DNA of 64,000 nucleotides from NCBI GenBank assembly GCA_000165345.1, contig CM000433.1, positions 256,001 to 320,000 of the forward strand, read 5' to 3'. Shown piece by piece: positions 61,401 to 64,000 of this stretch (position 1 is its first letter; each line of letters starts with the position of its first letter). The notes under the pieces were generated by a model. It saw only the letters and a program-made list of their open reading frames with translations, ran no database searches and was not told where the DNA came from. The position numbers and the translations under genes were made by a program.

Positions 61401-63303
61401 TCAAAAGTTGGCGAGACAACTGATTGTTATAGAGAAGGTTGTTGATAAACGACTTGCAGATTTAAATGAAATGTGGGATAGTACCTACTCGATTGAATAT
61501 TCAATTCAATGGGAGCTAAGAATAAAGGATATGCAGGACACTTATCTATATTTAAACAATGAATATAATAAAAATGCAGAGTTTATTGCAAGGCAACAGC
61601 TTCGTCAATCTCAGCTTCAAATAGGTAATCCTCAGTATCAACAGTTATTAAGTGAGACAAATCAATCAATAGAGATTGCTACTGATGAAATGAAAAAGTT
61701 ATTGAAATTAATGAACGAGCTGAGGCAGAAGAGAAATGAACTAGATACACTTGTTGAATCAGATTTATCAAGAAATTATGCGGAAAAAATAAATACTCTA
61801 AGGAGAAATTCAAAATTATTAGAGGACAATATAAGCAACGATATTAGTATTTTGCAGAAAAAAAATGAAATTTCTCAATTACAACTTAATAGGGACATAA
61901 AATATTTTGAGATTACAAATATGAGATCAGCTCTTTCTGAAAGGCAGAAAAAGAGCGAGGGGCTCATCGAGGCAAATATGTGGCTAAATACCAAGAATGA
62001 GCAATTATTTTCTGACTTTGAATCTAAGTTAAATGATGATTTGAGTTCTTTGACATACTCCTTTGAAAAGCCTGAAAAACATGGAGCATATTTAGCTTCA
62101 GAAGAAATTCCAAACGAAGCATTATCGGAGCTTAATAAATATAAAGAGCAACTCAAGATTAGTTTATTTAACGTAATGTTCTATAATGAGAACATAAATG
62201 ATAATGACATGCAACATATAAGTCAATTTGAATCAATGGATTCAAATATATTGGCTTATAAAGAGATATTTGAATCAGAAGGTGAAATAGATGATGGAAC
62301 ATTGTATGGTGAATTGAGTACTCTGGAGTGGAATATCATTCAATCTAGATGGGAGCTACTTAAGATGAAACATTTTTATATAGAAAAAAAAGAAAAAATA
62401 TTGATGGAGTGCGCAGAAATGAGAAACTCCTTAGACGAATTAATGCTGCAAAAGTATGGGATGATACCTATTACGAAGTCAAAAAATGTTCCCAGCAAAG
62501 CAAGCATTTTGGCTATGAAAGGAATAGGTATTAATCTAGGCGATGAGCTGGGAGTTTCTGATGAGAGCAATAACCTTAGCTATGATAGTAAAGTTCTTAA
62601 ACTTGTGCAAAAAAGACTCGAAGATGCAAACTCCGTGTTCGAACAAGAGCTTTCGAATAGATTGAGTATTCTAGATGAAAAAATAAGAGAAGGGAGAATA
62701 AGATTACATGAAGCTGCAAGAGAAGTTGTCTCAAATTGGGAGTTGCAACAGTCAACAGCTTCATTTAGATTTGCTTCTCCTCAAAATAAAGACAGAATGA
62801 GAGAAGCATTTGTAAGAGAGCGTGATAAGGTGACAAAAGATGAAATTAAAAAAACGATACCGATAAAACTAGAAAAACATATATTGCTTCAGCAACAAAA
62901 GGATCGTGCGTTACAATTCAAACGTGACATAGATTGGATACATACGCCTGGAAGGGTAGCGAGCCAATTAATGAAATTTGAACAAAAAATTAGAATTTTC
63001 CAGAAAAAAAGACATGATCACTATGAGCGAACCTTGAGGTTTCTTACATTTCAAGCAGAGCAAGTCGATCGAATCAAACAAATCGATGAAGAACTGAATG
63101 CCGATGAAACAAATAGTTCAAGGTCCAATGGACTTGGTATTCCACAAATCAATATTCAAGAACTAAGGAGAGAAAGAGAGAAACTAGAATCAGATCTTGC
63201 TCAAAAAAGGAGAGAGTATCAACTGCAACTTTCTAGTTTTCAAAATGAAAGAGATGCACTTTATGACGTGTCAAAAAATCTTAAAGATGATGAAAATAGT
63301 TAG
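58498..63303 (+). CDS. Large (1601 aa) secreted protein with an extended C-terminal coiled-coil region; hypothetical.
   Basis: Signal peptide MKITFLVLFFGCVFVSVYSG. The second half has an E/K/Q/L-rich heptad-like composition (for example EKELKERKSLIVKLHEEKNNIIAKYDSEGQKLARQLIVIEKVVDKRLADLNEMW). It is a single uninterrupted ORF. Confidence 0.55.
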   Translation: MKITFLVLFFGCVFVSVYSGEEKAFDNTKTQWDFILSAIKSYPNIKCKNLPKEVPGGFYSHGETKFFPETNEKIRILTENCVGALSSLLELHLPRSQRKYSFKFSDINEVDKTLKSFCSDTASRYFSFSGFIQSIKTENPIGTKSMGGRADRNLLNSSEDSFSKCEGINNQIPLRKKNIFFQGKTTKEKKFSANQLGFSKTPSELTTEGLEYNASEYEQFESEGTPISKYKTPKVLTTILKSVLDESKEDLPALEITISQLPKQVQNRVLTFFRSKDVDGIVESLNKLPRQIVESFINSIELEKKQIKFQLGSNSEQLEFSIPLFEDEWRAIIDFMSDPSSPIQYEKKINPYEQIKIPKEFKYSNGVLKKFIQYCRRGIRSLAYERYISEDGVTYYSYNENNLNGILIAGNDSDHRKEQVEAFCYMVFEKLYGKKEKEMMNKRHLKALEIKKSWEDGGVKGAVIDQLLKGFSDEINDERLQWLFLVESASIPNPLVYSTDLPKHTIPISFTSKPTDAATEITGKIRSFVYNCRNALMTLGVEKFPGTKSPLNKVHLGLDKVQGLIKFCKSVAHRYMGRLVEWFNIIQASLDDDIIKLIDMKNPEFRCPDYYEYEDESKLADNCSKTILMMINENKKAEENRRAKVWKGLKINSQPNHVNHQIRLFCNSVANERPEIRIASVDELSEQGIGGELSSVEEIQGYNKEQQALEIVEERLKTIESKQIEEKANSAYKLDKWNQLQDFMVENRRIREKLDKHSRRQFQKLFEIEDAQKDLLLSLLSEDIINEKKKETIRDLIDKYSSDLLSMRTEWADLLFQISNNNRKITEAEIEIMNFVHQALDYIAISHRIELVNSSTMANMIHWEETLIEKERTYINSKMLEYSSRLDSDQKIQKLKDMHYKRRQLFEKNLYRILPRKLWNRIHSLAAKGLHPLILAKISEKELKERKSLIVKLHEEKNNIIAKYDSEGQKLARQLIVIEKVVDKRLADLNEMWDSTYSIEYSIQWELRIKDMQDTYLYLNNEYNKNAEFIARQQLRQSQLQIGNPQYQQLLSETNQSIEIATDEMKKLLKLMNELRQKRNELDTLVESDLSRNYAEKINTLRRNSKLLEDNISNDISILQKKNEISQLQLNRDIKYFEITNMRSALSERQKKSEGLIEANMWLNTKNEQLFSDFESKLNDDLSSLTYSFEKPEKHGAYLASEEIPNEALSELNKYKEQLKISLFNVMFYNENINDNDMQHISQFESMDSNILAYKEIFESEGEIDDGTLYGELSTLEWNIIQSRWELLKMKHFYIEKKEKILMECAEMRNSLDELMLQKYGMIPITKSKNVPSKASILAMKGIGINLGDELGVSDESNNLSYDSKVLKLVQKRLEDANSVFEQELSNRLSILDEKIREGRIRLHEAAREVVSNWELQQSTASFRFASPQNKDRMREAFVRERDKVTKDEIKKTIPIKLEKHILLQQQKDRALQFKRDIDWIHTPGRVASQLMKFEQKIRIFQKKRHDHYERTLRFLTFQAEQVDRIKQIDEELNADETNSSRSNGLGIPQINIQELRREREKLESDLAQKRREYQLQLSSFQNERDALYDVSKNLKDDENS

Positions 63304-63383
63304 GTAGAATGAACAATATAGCGGCTATAAATCAACATTTAAAATATCTTTTCTTGTTTACACCCGTTCTGTGAAAGTTAAAA

Positions 63384-64000
63384 TTAACTGCCCATTGATA
63401 TTTTACATATCTGTTCTATTTTCTCTCTTTGATAAACTTCCCTCATTAGCGCAGGATTCTCAGATTTTATTATTTCTATACATTTTTGAACTAACTCTCT
63501 CCCGTTTGGTAAATATTGGGTTGAGATCTTTACTGCCATCTTCTTAGTGAAAATAAGGCTGTTGAACAATGAATACTCTTTTTTCTTAATTGCATCAATA
63601 CTTTTCACAATGTTCAAATACCTCATTTTGATTTCTGTACCGCTTACTTTAATTTCAGGAACTTTAGGTAGATCAGTTATCTGAATTGCTTTTGGTAGAA
63701 TATCTGAATTTCCCCGTATGGATTGAATATTTTCTTTAATAAAACTAATAATTTTTGATATATGATGATCCCAAGATTGCATTTCAATAAAATAATTATT
63801 TTTTATTACATTTTTGCAGATTATTTCAAATATTCCCTTGCTAATTTTTTGGGTTAAGAAAAGAGTATCGTGTATATTTGCTTCTGTAAAGAGATTTACA
63901 CACTCATCATACTTTAGTGGGTCAATTAGTAACTTCGGATGTAATTTGAGCTTGAAGTCTATTTTTTTCTGAAATTGATTGTTAATTTCGTTTATTAATG
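63384..64000 (-). CDS. Hypothetical protein, partial. The frame is open from 64000 to the stop at 63384, and the 5' end lies beyond the window.
   Basis: Hand translation of the minus strand from the window edge gives LINEINNQFQKKIDFKLKLHPKLLIDPLKYDECVNLF...FIEMQSWDHH..., in frame with the track ORF 63384..63782 and without a stop. Confidence 0.45.
   Translation of the reverse strand, partial: LINEINNQFQKKIDFKLKLHPKLLIDPLKYDECVNLFTEANIHDTLFLTQKISKGIFEIICKNVIKNNYFIEMQSWDHHISKIISFIKENIQSIRGNSDILPKAIQITDLPKVPEIKVSGTEIKMRYLNIVKSIDAIKKKEYSLFNSLIFTKKMAVKISTQYLPNGRELVQKCIEIIKSENPALMREVYQREKIEQICKISMGS

Overview
This 64-kb window is a gene-dense, AT-rich (roughly 30% GC by eye) eukaryotic nuclear segment. 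Long uninterrupted ORFs alternate on both strands with very short intergenic spacers, and several convergent pairs have stop codons only 0-14 nt apart. A minority of genes carry very small introns of uniform size (40-52 nt), with GTAAGT, GTACG or GTATTT donors and (T)AG acceptors. Together with a signal-peptide mucin-like gene built from (ACN)n poly-Thr codon arrays, this fits a Cryptosporidium-like apicomplexan chromosome; that identification is an inference, since no tools were run. Nothing in the window is prokaryotic, phage-like, CRISPR, rRNA, or a recognisable tRNA.

I annotate about 35 protein-coding genes. By motif they include DMAP1/SWC4, the U4/U6 snRNP protein PRP4, IWS1/Spn1, Integrator-11 (INTS11/CPSF3L), DNA topoisomerase III, TSR1, a DHHC palmitoyltransferase, Sec62, the TFIIIC TPR subunit, a class III nucleotidyl cyclase with a multi-pass membrane N-terminus, an actin-related protein, a Tra2-like SR protein, a polyprenol/steroid-5-alpha-reductase family enzyme, the SNARE Ykt6, a PRELI/MSF1 lipid-transfer protein, TCF25/Rqc1, dymeclin, an SS18/SSXT-like protein and an NAD-dependent epimerase. 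By hand I rebuilt five multi-exon gene models that an ORF scan cannot see: TOP3, the Arp, YKT6, a membrane-protein gene and a small tail-anchored protein. I also found junctions where adjacent ORFs are almost certainly one gene.

The most notable objects are these:
- **NOV/sacsin-like giant protein:** it combines a SWIM zinc finger, a GHKL-type ATPase motif (ELIQNADD ... GxFGxGFKS) and a C-terminal DUF3883 domain. Its reading frame is broken at an A6/T6 homopolymer.
- **Modular poly-Thr mucin gene:** a long gene riddled with N's and an apparent frameshift.
- **Divergent kinase-like protein:** HCD...DFG motifs with no catalytic-loop lysine.
- **RING/B-box/B-box/coiled-coil (TRIM-like) protein.**
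- **ER-targeted CS-domain protein** ending in REEL.
- **Promoter elements:** TGCATGCA clusters and GC-rich palindromes in otherwise AT-rich spacers.

Coordinates I derived by hand may be off by 1-2 nt.
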